From Armatimonadota bacterium (lineage in GTDB: Bacteria; Armatimonadota; SYMT01): a DNA stretch of 56,632 nt. The position numbers and the translations under genes are program-made. Below the pieces are notes generated by a model, which was given only the letters and a program-made list of their open reading frames with translations, did not search any database and was not told the DNA's origin. Shown one piece after another: positions 8,309 to 17,797 of this stretch; the first letter of the stretch is position 1, and each line of letters starts with the position of its first letter. The stretch is taken from NCBI GenBank assembly GCA_046292385.1, contig JBKBRF010000041.1, forward strand, positions 1-56,632, in the 5' to 3' direction.

Positions 8309-8350
8309 CAGCACTCCACCGGAGCGAAGGCTTGCCGCCGACGCTGCGCC

Positions 8351-8926
8351 CTACCCGCTCCCGTTGGCACCCCGTCCCCGAACCAGCGCCATGAACTCGT
8401 CCCGGGTGGCGCGGTCGGTGCGGAAGGAGCCGAGCACCGAGCTGGTGACCATGCTGGAATGCTGCTTCTCCACGCCGCGGGCCATCATGCAGAGGTGCTT
8501 CGCTTCGACCACCACCGCCACGCCGCGCGGCGAGATCGCCCCAAAGAGCGCGTGCGCGATCTCGTGGGTCAGCCGCTCCTGCACCTGCAGCCGCCGGGAG
8601 AACATCTCCACCAGCCGGGCGATCTTGCTCAAGCCGATGATCTTCCCCTGCGGGATGTAGCCGACGTGTGCCACGCCGTAGAACGGGACCAGATGGTGCT
8701 CACACAAGCTGTACAGCTCGATGTTCCGCACGATCACCATGTCGTCGTATTCTTCGGTGAAGACCGCGCGGTTGAGCAGGGTTTCTACGTCCTGCCGGTA
8801 ACCGCGGGTGAAGTCCCGCAGCGCCGCGGCCGCCCGCGCGGGCGTGCGCAGCAGCCCCTCGCGGTCGGGGTCTTCCCCCAGCTCGATCAACACCTCGCGC
8901 AGCAGCGCTTCCAAACGGTCCGACAA
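8351..8926 (-). CDS. folE: GTP cyclohydrolase I
   Basis: SLCEHHLVPF, GLSKIAR, RLQVQERLT, HLCMMARG; TTG start. Confidence 0.96.
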   Translation of the reverse strand: MSDRLEALLREVLIELGEDPDREGLLRTPARAAAALRDFTRGYRQDVETLLNRAVFTEEYDDMVIVRNIELYSLCEHHLVPFYGVAHVGYIPQGKIIGLSKIARLVEMFSRRLQVQERLTHEIAHALFGAISPRGVAVVVEAKHLCMMARGVEKQHSSMVTSSVLGSFRTDRATRDEFMALVRGRGANGSG

Positions 8927-9109
8927 CTCCCCAGCCTCCTCAGGGGCTCCGCTGCCCTCATCACTTTAACGCGTTTTCCTGCTTCGGGAGTGGCGATTGC
9001 CGGTGGGAACGCGTGCCGAGGCGGCGAGGCGGGAGCGGCTGGCGAGTGGCTGCAGTAGCGCGTATTCCCTAGAGGAGCTGGTGGGGGTGAGGTAGCTCGC
9101 AGCCACAGG

Positions 9110-9454
9110 TCAGGCGCTGGCGACGACCGCCTGGAGTCTCTCGCACAACTCCCCGGTCTTTAAGTAGTTGCCCAGCACGAAGTAGGAGCCGAGGCTGAAA
9201 CGGATCACCGCGAGCCAGAGGGTGCGGTCCGCGCAAGTGACCTTCAGCACGCGACCCAGCCCTGGGAGACGGCTCATCTCTACCCGCCGTAGCGAGACAA
9301 CCGGAATGGTGATCGCGCCTCGCGGACTATCGATCCGAAGCTCCTCGGCCGTCAGGGCCAGCTTGCCCGAGCGGACCGGCGTGCGCAGGTTCAACTCCGG
9401 CCCGGTATGGAACATGATCCGGTATCGCACCGCTGCTCCTCTCCGCTCGGGCAT
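9110..9454 (-). CDS. Hypothetical protein (114 aa)
   Basis: Plausible beta-rich small domain, co-oriented with its neighbours. Confidence 0.55.
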   Translation of the reverse strand: MPERRGAAVRYRIMFHTGPELNLRTPVRSGKLALTAEELRIDSPRGAITIPVVSLRRVEMSRLPGLGRVLKVTCADRTLWLAVIRFSLGSYFVLGNYLKTGELCERLQAVVASA

Positions 9455-9519
9455 GTGTCTACCGGGTGAATCGCGCGTCGGCGATCACCGGGCGGACTCC
9501 GTCTCCTGCCAGACCGCCT

Positions 9520-10018
9520 TCAGCTTCTCACGGTAAACACCAGGGCGGCCGAGCCGGGCAAGCTGCCCGGAAAGCCCCGCCGCAGACCCACCGTCCGCAT
9601 TCCGATCTTCTCCAGCACCCGTCTGGAGGCCTCGTTCTCCGGATCGCAGCCAGCCAAAATCCGTGCCAGTCCCAGCTGCTCGAAGCCGTAGTCCACCACC
9701 GCGCGAGCGGCCTCCGTCGCGTACCCGCGGCCCCGGTAATCCCTCTTCACCAGAAAGCCGAGCAGCGCCTCGTCCAATGATCTGATCATCGGGCGCGAGG
9801 TAGATGGCGAAGGTCACCCTCGGCAGTTCCGGGACGTACACCACCTGCGCCGCCTGTTGGCCCCGCAGCCGCACCTCCAGCGGGCTGTACGGGGTGACTT
9901 CGGCCGGGCACTCCCCCACCTCGGGATCCGCGCAGTACTCTGCCGCGGCACGCCGCTCGAGGCTGCGGAAATCTCGGAGAGCCAGTCGCTCGGTGTGGAC
10001 CGTCCGATCACATTCCAT
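9520..10018 (-). pseudogene. RimJ/RimL-type GNAT acetyltransferase, frameshifted near 9775
   Basis: The N-half (VHTERLALRDF...FAIYLAPDDQIIG) and the C-half (DEALLGF..YRGRGYATEAARAVVDYGF..NEASRRVLEKIGM) are in different frames. Confidence 0.75.
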
Positions 10019-10070
10019 ATCAGCCCCCCGCCGACCCGCCCCGCCGCAGCCAAAACTCACTCGTCGGCGA

Positions 10071-10835
10071 CTATCCATCGCTCTCGATCGGCAGTCTTGC
10101 GACCCGGTATGCCGCCACCTCGGCCGGGCCGAATGACCGGCCGCACTGCTGGCAGATGAAGTACGACTTCTCCTGCGGCGCCTTGTCCACGTACCGAATC
10201 TCCCCCTCATTGTTACAGTAAGGGCAGACCGGTCGCTCCCGCAGCACGGCCCGGCACGCCTTGTTGTGCAGCCGAGGCTTTCTCAAGCGCTCTCGCTCCG
10301 CCAGCACTGATTGCTCGCGCTGCTGCTCCAACACCTTCCGTTTGGCATGCCAATCCACTCGACCGATCAGAGTGTCGCGGTCGGGCACCTCTCTGCGGAG
10401 GAGCGGCCACGCCGCCATCAGCTCGTGCCGGACCAGTGGCCGCAGTCCGGCGAGGGCGGTGTCCGGATCCTCGAGCCATGCTTGCCATTTCGTCAGCGAT
10501 ACGCGGACGGAGTAACCGGACTCCGCCAGGTGGATCTTTATGGCGTCAACTTCCGGATCTGGGTTCAAGGAGACGAAGAACGTTTCTGTCCGGAGCGCGA
10601 TGCCCCAATACGGATTCGTCTCGTTCCCTTCCAGCCACATCTGAAAGTACTGCCGGGCGAACTCTTCCCGGTCCGGCCAGGGCTCGTAGCACTCCCAGTG
10701 GATGGCGGCGTCGCAAAACGGGTAGAGCCGGTGCTCCGGCGGAAAGAAGACCCCGCTGGTGGCGAAGAAGTCAGTGCCGAGATCGACTTCCGCTTTACAG
10801 ATGGCGCAGCGCACGCCGGGGTAGACCAGTGCCAT
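10071..10835 (-). CDS. Hypothetical protein with CxxC motifs (putative zinc ribbon)
   Basis: CAIC near the N-terminus, CPYC...CQQC near the C-terminus; GAGGAG upstream. Confidence 0.75.
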   Translation of the reverse strand: MALVYPGVRCAICKAEVDLGTDFFATSGVFFPPEHRLYPFCDAAIHWECYEPWPDREEFARQYFQMWLEGNETNPYWGIALRTETFFVSLNPDPEVDAIKIHLAESGYSVRVSLTKWQAWLEDPDTALAGLRPLVRHELMAAWPLLRREVPDRDTLIGRVDWHAKRKVLEQQREQSVLAERERLRKPRLHNKACRAVLRERPVCPYCNNEGEIRYVDKAPQEKSYFICQQCGRSFGPAEVAAYRVARLPIESDG

Positions 10836-10887
10836 CAGGGGCTCCTCTCTCCGCCGAGGGTCCGGGGAACACTCGGAGTAACGCTAT

Positions 10888-11230
10888 GGTCTCGCCATCC
10901 ATAGCCGTGCCGTACTCCGATCGAGGCACCGCTCCGCGAATTCGTCATTCTGAACGCAGTGAAGAATCTCGGCAGCCGTCCTGGACCGGAGCACGCATCC
11001 GGGTGACGAGGGCTCGGCCTGGCGAGGCGCTCCCGAACGTGGGGGCTCATCGTGTCCCCAGAGAGTTGAGTGACGTAGATCCTTCCCTGCGGTCAGGATG
11101 ACCATCGGGGGCGGAGCCGTGCTCACGTTGGGATGACGCCGCTCCGATGGCGCTGGCTCGCGGCGGGATTCTCTTGAGAACGCAGTGAAGGATCTCGGCA
11201 GCCGTGTGGGTCCCGGAGTAAGCAGACAAG
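10888..11230. repeat. About 340-bp REPIN/MITE-like element, copy 1
   Basis: Colinear with 52457-52795. Internal imperfect inverted pair GTCATTCTGAACGCAGTGAAGAATCT (from 10944) and AGATCCTTCCCTGCGGTCAGGATGAC (to 11102). Confidence 0.9.
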
Positions 11231-11420
11231 TGACGCGGACTCCGCTGCCGGTTCCCCTCCGCACGCCAACTTCGAGAAGCATGGGACCGCCACCGAATGA
11301 ACAGCACGAAAGGCGCCCCGCCCGGCACGATGCACCGGAGAACGGCCGCGGCAGACCGCTGCGGAATACGCAATACGAGATACGCCGACCCGCAGCCACT
11401 CCCCGCGCGGCAGACCAGGC

Positions 11421-12413
11421 TTACGCCCGAAGCACCTTCACCATCTCGTCCCCGAAGGCGCGGCAGAGGGCGGCGACGTTCGTGTCACGTTCGGTTTCGA
11501 CGTAAGGCTGCGCGGCATCGCGGGCCTGGAGCCAGTCGACCATTTCGAAGACGGCGTGCTGGATCCCGGTCTCCGGCGCGTAGCCGGTCTCCGCGCGGAG
11601 CCTGCTCACGTCGTAGGTGCGGTGGTGGGCGAAGGGGGCGCGGTCCGGGAACGCGCGGACGAAGAGCTCCGACGGGAGCGAGAGGTACTCCACTCCCGTG
11701 ACGCCGAGGGTGGCGGCGACCAGGTCGTAGTACTCGCGGGTGGTCACGGCGTCGGGGCCGGCGACGTTGTACGCCTGTCCCAGCGTCGCTTCCTTCCCCA
11801 GGGCGGCGGCGCAGGCGCGGCCGACGTCTCGGTGTACCACCGGCTGGATCAGCAGCGCTCCCCCCTCCAGCAGCACCACCGGCGCGCCCTGGTCCAGCCG
11901 GTCGAGCAGCATCGGGTCACGGCCGTGGAGGGAGCCGGTGCCGAGGTGGCCGCCGGCGCCCATGATGTGCGGGGGACGCAGCAGCGTGGCGGGGAAGCCT
12001 TCGGTGCGCCACGCGTGGAGGAAGACCTCTTCCGCGGCAGCCTTGTCCCGGCCGTACTGGCTCATGGCGCGGGTGTAGGTGTGCTCGGCAATCGGCAGGG
12101 TGCGGCGCGGGCCGTACACGAAGTCGGTGCTGATCATCAGGAAGTGGCGCACCCGCCCGCTGAAGGCGCGCAGCGCCAGCTCCGCGTCATGCGCGGTGTA
12201 GCAGATGCAGTCGACCACCGCGTCGAATGCCCGCCCCTCCACCTGCCGCAGAAACTGCTCTACGTCCCGCCGGTCCCCCACCAGCGCCTCCGCCCCGGCC
12301 GGAGCGGGACGGCTGCCGCGGGTCAGGATCGTCACCTCGTGGCCGGCGGACTGCAGCTCGGTCACCACGACGGAGCTGAGGAAGCCGGTGCCGCCGAGGA
12401 CCAGGACGTTCAC
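11421..12413 (-). CDS. NAD-dependent epimerase/dehydratase family protein
   Basis: VLVLGGTGFL, ISTDFVYG, YGRDK (YxxxK). Confidence 0.9.
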   Translation of the reverse strand: MNVLVLGGTGFLSSVVVTELQSAGHEVTILTRGSRPAPAGAEALVGDRRDVEQFLRQVEGRAFDAVVDCICYTAHDAELALRAFSGRVRHFLMISTDFVYGPRRTLPIAEHTYTRAMSQYGRDKAAAEEVFLHAWRTEGFPATLLRPPHIMGAGGHLGTGSLHGRDPMLLDRLDQGAPVVLLEGGALLIQPVVHRDVGRACAAALGKEATLGQAYNVAGPDAVTTREYYDLVAATLGVTGVEYLSLPSELFVRAFPDRAPFAHHRTYDVSRLRAETGYAPETGIQHAVFEMVDWLQARDAAQPYVETERDTNVAALCRAFGDEMVKVLRA

Positions 12414-13900
12414 TCCACCGCCTCCGCCGCCGGAACGGTCGCCGCCTCCGCGGGCTGGGACCCGCCCGCCGGGGGCGCCTGGGGAAGCGGCGCGCGAGTG
12501 CCGACGCGGATCTCCGCGGGGAAGGGACGATAATAGTCCCGCGTCACCACCTCCCGCCGCACCTCGGCGCCCTGCCGGCGGACCACTCGGCTGATGGTAA
12601 CCCGACGGCCATCCACCGCGCGCCGCTGCACCACTCGCTGCCCGCGCGGCAGGCGGGAGTCGGAGAGGGTGCGCGCCCCGGCCGGCACGCGCGTGACGGG
12701 GCCGGAGGTGAGCTCTACCTCCACGCGGTCGTCCGGATGGCCGTAGATCGCGGTAACCACCTTCCGCCCCACCACCCGCACGTCGAGCGCCACCGGGTGC
12801 GGCAGCGGGTTCTGGAAGCGGAAGTCGATCACGCCGTCGACCACGGTCGCGTCCCGGCCGGGCGGAACGTACGCCACGGGGACCGCGTGGTGCTGCCGGC
12901 GCACCACCTTGAGGTCGGCCAGCAGCACCGCGTTGTAGAGGGTGCTGCTCACCTGGCAGATCCCGCCGCCGGTGCCCGGCTGCAGCTCTCCCCGCACGAT
13001 CTGGGGCGCTTCGCGGAAGCCGGCGCTCGCCACGCGGGGGCCCACGATCTCGTTGTAAGAGAAGGTATCTCCCGGCAGCAGGACCGTGCCGTCAATGGAG
13101 CGTGCCGCCAGGTCGACGTTGTGGGTCCGGTTGCGGCTGCTGCTCCCGAGCGAGGTCTCGAAGGAGGCGAGGCGGGCGGTGATCTCGCCCAGGTGCTCCC
13201 GGGTGATGCGGGCGGGCGCCTCGCGCAGCGACGCTTCGATCCCGAGCGGCGCGCGCGAGCGCAGCCAGCGGCCGCGGGGGATCTCGTCCCTCACCCCCTT
13301 GGCTACTTCTTCTTGGAGGTCGGCGGAGGAGACCCGCTCCGCCAGCTCCACGGCGAGCTGCCCGGCGTCGATCTCGCGTCCCGGCTCGGAGGGGACAATG
13401 CGGAAGCCTCCGCCGTCTCGCTTCAGGCGCGCATTCCGCGGCAGGGTGCCGGCGCGCCCGGAGAGATCCGCCACTCCCCTCGCCACCCCTTCCCGGGTGA
13501 AGCCGACCGGCAGCGGCACGACCACCGTCTCCGGTCCGCTGAAGCGGGAGTAGAGGCGCTGGAGCAGGCCGGTCTCCGCGGCGGAGCGGGCAAAGACCGC
13601 TTCCACGGCGGCGGGGACGTCTACCTGCGCGCCGAGGCGGGCCAGGGTCGTGGTCTCCCGCTGCTTTCCGCAGCGGATCCGCACCGGGTGCAGCACCCAG
13701 CGCTTGCGGAGCTCGGTCGCCACCCGCTCCACGTCCGCGCGGGAGGAGCCCTCCAGCGGGACGCCGGCCAGCGTGATGCCGGGAGAGACGCGGCTTTCCG
13801 GCGTGGCAGGCGCCGACGCCGTGATGAGGAACGCCGCGGCCAGGCCGCTCGCTCCGAAGATTCCCCCCGCGCTCCACCAGATCCGAGACGAGCCGAGCAT
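12410..13900 (-). CDS. VanW/YoaR-family protein with peptidoglycan-binding and G5-like domains
   Basis: N-terminal membrane anchor; GGGICQVSSTLYNA and YVPPGRDATV VanW motifs. Confidence 0.9.
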   Translation of the reverse strand: MLGSSRIWWSAGGIFGASGLAAAFLITASAPATPESRVSPGITLAGVPLEGSSRADVERVATELRKRWVLHPVRIRCGKQRETTTLARLGAQVDVPAAVEAVFARSAAETGLLQRLYSRFSGPETVVVPLPVGFTREGVARGVADLSGRAGTLPRNARLKRDGGGFRIVPSEPGREIDAGQLAVELAERVSSADLQEEVAKGVRDEIPRGRWLRSRAPLGIEASLREAPARITREHLGEITARLASFETSLGSSSRNRTHNVDLAARSIDGTVLLPGDTFSYNEIVGPRVASAGFREAPQIVRGELQPGTGGGICQVSSTLYNAVLLADLKVVRRQHHAVPVAYVPPGRDATVVDGVIDFRFQNPLPHPVALDVRVVGRKVVTAIYGHPDDRVEVELTSGPVTRVPAGARTLSDSRLPRGQRVVQRRAVDGRRVTISRVVRRQGAEVRREVVTRDYYRPFPAEIRVGTRAPLPQAPPAGGSQPAEAATVPAAEAVE

Positions 13901-13925
13901 TACTACCTACCCTGGAAGACCTGGA

Positions 13926-14010
13926 GTGGGAGCAAGGGAGAGTGGGAGAATGGGAGACCCACTTCCGTGAGCAGCTTCTCAAGTTCGCCCACTCTCCCAC
14001 TCTCCCTTTC
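13926..14010. repeat. About 85-bp element with 8-nt periodic arms (GGGAGAGT-like), copy 1
   Basis: Matches the reverse complement of 34930-35015, including the internal spacer CTTCCGTGAG. Confidence 0.85.
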
Positions 14011-14015
14011 AGACT

Positions 14016-15494
14016 TTAACCCCGACTGCCGCGCCGCCAGGTGGAGCCGCCGGGGCGGTCTTCCACGGTGATCCCCAGCTCCGCCAGCCGGCCGCGGATC
14101 TCGTCCGCCCGGGCGTAGTCCTTGTGCCCGCGCAGCGCCTGGCGCGCCTCCAGGAGCATCTCCACCAGCGGGCCGGTGAGGTCGTCCGCGGCCTGCGTCT
14201 CGCCGAAGGCGATCTCCAGCCCGAGCACGCTCATCAGCTCCACCAGCGCGTCCCGGGCCGTCTGCACCGCGGCCGTGCCCTCCGCCGAGCGTGCCTCTGC
14301 CGTCGCCGCTACGCGGTTGATCTCCGTAGCCAGGCCGAAGAAGGTCGCCACCGCGGCGGGCGTGTTGAAGTCGTCGTCCATCGCCTCCGTGAACTGGTCG
14401 CGATGGAGCTCCACCTGGCGCGTCAGCTCCGCGGCGGCCCCGCTGTCGGTGCCGCCTTCCGGAAGCTCAAGGTACCGGTCGGCGTTCTGGAGCGCGATCT
14501 GCAGCCGCTCCAGCGCCCGGCCCGCGTCGCGTACGCTCTCCTCCGTGTAGTCGACCGGGCTGCGGTAGTGGTGACTCACCACCCAGTAGCGCAGCACCGC
14601 GGCGCCGAACTTCTCCAGCTCTTTGGAGACGGTCTTGAAGTTGCCCTTGCTCTTCGACATCTTCTCGCCGCCGACCATCACCGTCCCGTTGTGCATCCAG
14701 TAGCGGACGAACGGCTGGTCGTGCGCGCACTCGGACTGCGCCACCTCATCCTCGTTGTGCGGGAAGATGTTGTCCACCCCGGCACCGTGGATGTCGATCG
14801 TCTCGCCCAGGTACTTCGCCGCCATCGCGGAGCACTCGATGTGCCAGCCGGGGAAGCCGTAGCTCCAGGGGCTGGGCCAGTTCATCAGGTGGCCGGTCCC
14901 CTCGGCGTTCTTCCAGAGCGCGAAGTCGGCCGGGTTCCGCTTGCCGGCGCCCGCCTCCACCCGCCCGCTCCCCTCCTGCTCGTCCAGGCGGCGGCGGGAG
15001 AGCTTGCCGTACTCCGGGAACGACTCGACGTCGAAGTAGACGTTGCCGCCCGACTCGTACGCGTGCCCCTTCTCCAGTAGCTCCTGGATCATCTGCTGCA
15101 TCTCCGGGATGTGGCCGGAGGCGCGCGGCGAGATGTCCGGCCGCAGGCAGTTGAGCCGGTCCATCGCCGCGAAGTACTCGCGCGTGTAGGTCTCCACCAG
15201 CGCCATCGGCTCCACCCGCCGCTCGCGGGCGCGCTTCTCGATCTTGCTCTCGCCCGTATCCGAGTCGTCCGTGAGATGCCCCACGTCGGTGATGTTCTGG
15301 ACGTAGAGCACGTCGTAGCCGCTATGCCGGAGGTAGCGGGTCACCACGTCGAACGAGATGTAGGTCTTGGCGTGTCCGATGTGCGGGAAGTCGTAGACCG
15401 TGGGGCCGCAGACGTACATGTTCACCCGCCCCTCCACGAGGGGGACGAACGGCTCCTTCTGGCGCGTCAGGGTGTTGTAGATGTGCAGCGGCAT
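14016..15494 (-). CDS. cysS: Cysteine--tRNA ligase
   Basis: [28 protein letters not shown]. Start set at ATG 15494 behind GAGGA. Confidence 0.97.
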   Translation of the reverse strand: MPLHIYNTLTRQKEPFVPLVEGRVNMYVCGPTVYDFPHIGHAKTYISFDVVTRYLRHSGYDVLYVQNITDVGHLTDDSDTGESKIEKRARERRVEPMALVETYTREYFAAMDRLNCLRPDISPRASGHIPEMQQMIQELLEKGHAYESGGNVYFDVESFPEYGKLSRRRLDEQEGSGRVEAGAGKRNPADFALWKNAEGTGHLMNWPSPWSYGFPGWHIECSAMAAKYLGETIDIHGAGVDNIFPHNEDEVAQSECAHDQPFVRYWMHNGTVMVGGEKMSKSKGNFKTVSKELEKFGAAVLRYWVVSHHYRSPVDYTEESVRDAGRALERLQIALQNADRYLELPEGGTDSGAAAELTRQVELHRDQFTEAMDDDFNTPAAVATFFGLATEINRVAATAEARSAEGTAAVQTARDALVELMSVLGLEIAFGETQAADDLTGPLVEMLLEARQALRGHKDYARADEIRGRLAELGITVEDRPGGSTWRRGSRG

Positions 15495-15530
15495 CGGGTC
15501 CTCGCTTCGGGGCAGCGGCCCCACAGGCAC

Positions 15531-15659
15531 AAAAATAGTCCTGGGATACAGAGTATCAGGCGTATAGCGACGGTGTCGGCGCCTCTAAAGGCGCCGGCGG
15601 GGATCCTGTATTCAACAACAGGTCGATCGTCGCATTCGCAGGAATACTCGCTTCAGGAC
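15531..15659 (-). promoter_or_regulatory. Structured cysS leader (candidate attenuator) ending in a hairpin and U-tract
   Basis: Long-range pairings GTCCTG/CAGGAC, GAGTAT/ATACTC and GCGACG/CGTCGC; alternative local hairpin CCTGATAC-TCT-GTATCCCAGG followed by ACTATTTTT. Confidence 0.65.
15612..15635 (-). CDS. Putative cysteine-sensing leader peptide MRRSTCC
   Basis: ATG CGA CGA TCG ACC TGT TGT TGA inside the cysS leader; tandem Cys codons directly before the stop. Confidence 0.6.
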   Translation of the reverse strand: MRRSTCC

Positions 15660-15665
15660 AGGCGA

Positions 15666-15674
15666 AGTATAGCA
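15666..15674 (-). promoter_or_regulatory. Extended -10 promoter element for cysS
   Basis: TGcTATACT, 6 nt upstream of the first paired base of the leader structure. Confidence 0.6.
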
Positions 15675-15791
15675 TGCGCGCCGTCCGCCGCGCGAATAGG
15701 CCTACCCCCGTGACGCAGCGCCCTCGCGAGGTCTCGGCAGGGCGCTGCCAACGGTGGATCTCCACGTCGCTGAGTGAGGGATAGGAAGTAG

Positions 15792-15905
15792 GTAACGCCG
15801 GCTCTTCGGATCGGCAGGTCTGAGCCCCGAAAGGTTTCGGGGCTTTGCTCTCTGTAGTCCCGAAAGCCTTCGGGACGGGAATCCGGTAGCACTCCCTGAC
15901 TAACC
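15792..15905. repeat. About 115-bp two-hairpin REP-like element, copy 2
   Basis: Direct repeat of 7034-7148. Confidence 0.85.
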
Positions 15906-15906
15906 C

Positions 15907-17658
15907 TTAGCCGCCGGCGGCGACGTAGACCCCCCGGCGGAAGCTCCTGCCGTACGGGAACACCCGCGCGCGCCGCCCCGACCCGGTGGAGAGAACCTGG
16001 ACGGCTCCCTTCGAGCCCGGGGCCGGGCCGAGCACGATCTCCGCGCGGCCGTCGCGGTCCAGATCGCCGGCAGCCACCGCAGCGCCGCGGCGGTACTCTT
16101 TCGCCGCCGCCAGCTCGAAGAGAAGCTCGCCCGAAGTGCCGTCGAAGACCCGGGCGGGACCGGATGCCGCCGCGGAGGTGGTGATGATCTCCGCCCTCCC
16201 ATCGCCGTCCACGTCTCCGGCCGCCACGTAGACCCCTGCCTGGTGGCCGACGCCGTAGGGAAAGAACCGGTGCCGCTCCTGCGGGTCTTCGCCGGAGAAG
16301 ACGCTCACGGCGCCACCGGCGGTCGCCATTCCGCAAACGATCTCATCCACCCCGTCGGCGTCAAGGTCCGCGGAGGCCACGGTCACGCCTCCCAGGAACG
16401 TCGTCTCGAACGGGAAGAGCTCGATCGGCGCCATCTGGGTAACGCGCCGGACACGGACGCGAGGCGGCCCACCCGGTCCCGTGGAGACGATGATATCCGG
16501 GACGTGCGCCCCGTCCACGTTTCCTATCGCCACGTAGACGCCGCCATGGAACTCCGGCTCGAACGGGTTGAAGCGCTCGATCGGCCTCTGCCGATAGATG
16601 TCGAAGATGATCACCTCGGACGGTGTGCCCGGTCCGGTCCCGGCGACGAGCTCCGCCTGCGGGCTGTAGCCGAGGTCCCCCACTGCCACTCGCAGCCCGC
16701 CGCGGTACCGGCGCTCCGCCCCGAGGAACGGCGGCAGCGCCGGTCCTTCCACCAGGTTCATCGTCCGCAGGTACGGCAGGCCACCGCCGGGCCCCGTCGC
16801 GAGCACCGGTAAGGGATCCCGGCTCACCACGAGGTCGGCCGTCAGGTGCTGTCCGGCACTGCCGGCGGGGGCGTGGACGATCGATGCCATCACCGCGACA
16901 CGGGCCGACTCCGCCACGTACGGCGCGCGGAAGCGGCGGTCGAAATGGTGCTTGCCCGCGGCGAGCGGGTAGCGGGAGCCGGCCGGAATCTGAAGCAAGA
17001 CCGCCGACTGGGTGTACGGCGGAAGGAACAGCTCTACCTCGGTGTCCGCCTTCACCGGCTCCGCCAGCCAGACCGAGCTGTAAACCAGCTGCCCCGGCCC
17101 CACCTCGAGCTGTTGCAGCGGCGGGCCATCCGGCCGCGCGGAAAGTCCGAACCCGCCCAGCCGCGCCTTCGGAAGCTTGCCGCCAACGCGGATCTGGGTC
17201 GAAAACTCGCTATCCTGGGGCGTCGGCTCCACCTGATCGGAGGTGAGGGTGCCGCTGACGGTAAACTCCCCCACCTCTCGCGGCCGCGCGATCACCTCCA
17301 GGGTCAGCGTCGTTCCGGGCTCCAGCCGCGGAACGTTCGCCCGCACGTGTCGATACGGGTCGAGCTGGACGGCCGCACCGGCGTCCGGATGCTCGGTGCC
17401 GTCCGGCAGCAGCACGCGGGTGCGGAGGAGGGCGAAAGTCGGCGAGAAGGAGACCCGGAGCTGGAGCGCCGTCGCCGCCTCCGGGCCCCGGTTACCGAAC
17501 GAGATGCGCAGGGTCACCGGTCGTCGGACGCGCGCCTCGGCCGGGGACGGCTCCACCTGAACGATGGTGAGGTCGGCCTCGTGTCCGGGCGCCGCCCCGG
17601 AGGCCCCGGCGAGCAGCACCGCGCCGAACACGAAAAGAAGCCCCCTCATCAGCCGCAT
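15907..17658 (-). CDS. Secreted protein with DUF11-like Ig domain and FG-GAP/VCBS-type repeats
   Basis: Signal peptide; ADLTI..NRGPEAAT; repeated GGVYVAAGDVDGDGRAEII motifs. Confidence 0.82.
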   Translation of the reverse strand: MRLMRGLLFVFGAVLLAGASGAAPGHEADLTIVQVEPSPAEARVRRPVTLRISFGNRGPEAATALQLRVSFSPTFALLRTRVLLPDGTEHPDAGAAVQLDPYRHVRANVPRLEPGTTLTLEVIARPREVGEFTVSGTLTSDQVEPTPQDSEFSTQIRVGGKLPKARLGGFGLSARPDGPPLQQLEVGPGQLVYSSVWLAEPVKADTEVELFLPPYTQSAVLLQIPAGSRYPLAAGKHHFDRRFRAPYVAESARVAVMASIVHAPAGSAGQHLTADLVVSRDPLPVLATGPGGGLPYLRTMNLVEGPALPPFLGAERRYRGGLRVAVGDLGYSPQAELVAGTGPGTPSEVIIFDIYRQRPIERFNPFEPEFHGGVYVAIGNVDGAHVPDIIVSTGPGGPPRVRVRRVTQMAPIELFPFETTFLGGVTVASADLDADGVDEIVCGMATAGGAVSVFSGEDPQERHRFFPYGVGHQAGVYVAAGDVDGDGRAEIITTSAAASGPARVFDGTSGELLFELAAAKEYRRGAAVAAGDLDRDGRAEIVLGPAPGSKGAVQVLSTGSGRRARVFPYGRSFRRGVYVAAGG

Positions 17659-17797
17659 CGAGTCTCTCCGCCCTCAAACCGGCAGAACAAAGACCGTCCG
17701 CACAATGAGGATTCAAGTGCTCGTTCGCTTGCCGGGCACGCAGCTCCTCCCGGGCAGCCGCAGAGCGCGCTCGGGAGGCAGACTGTAACGAGCGCCG

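Noticed and set aside
8060..8310. CRISPR array (also considered for 33226-33529)
   Set aside because: Units are 7-9 nt, tandem and inverted, with no unique spacers and no cas genes.
12410..13900. Vancomycin resistance locus
   Set aside because: VanW/YoaR proteins are widespread, and no vanHAX or vanRS genes are present.
15495..15780. T-box riboswitch upstream of cysS
   Set aside because: No UGGNACC antiterminator bulge or stem I signatures, and the leader is short.
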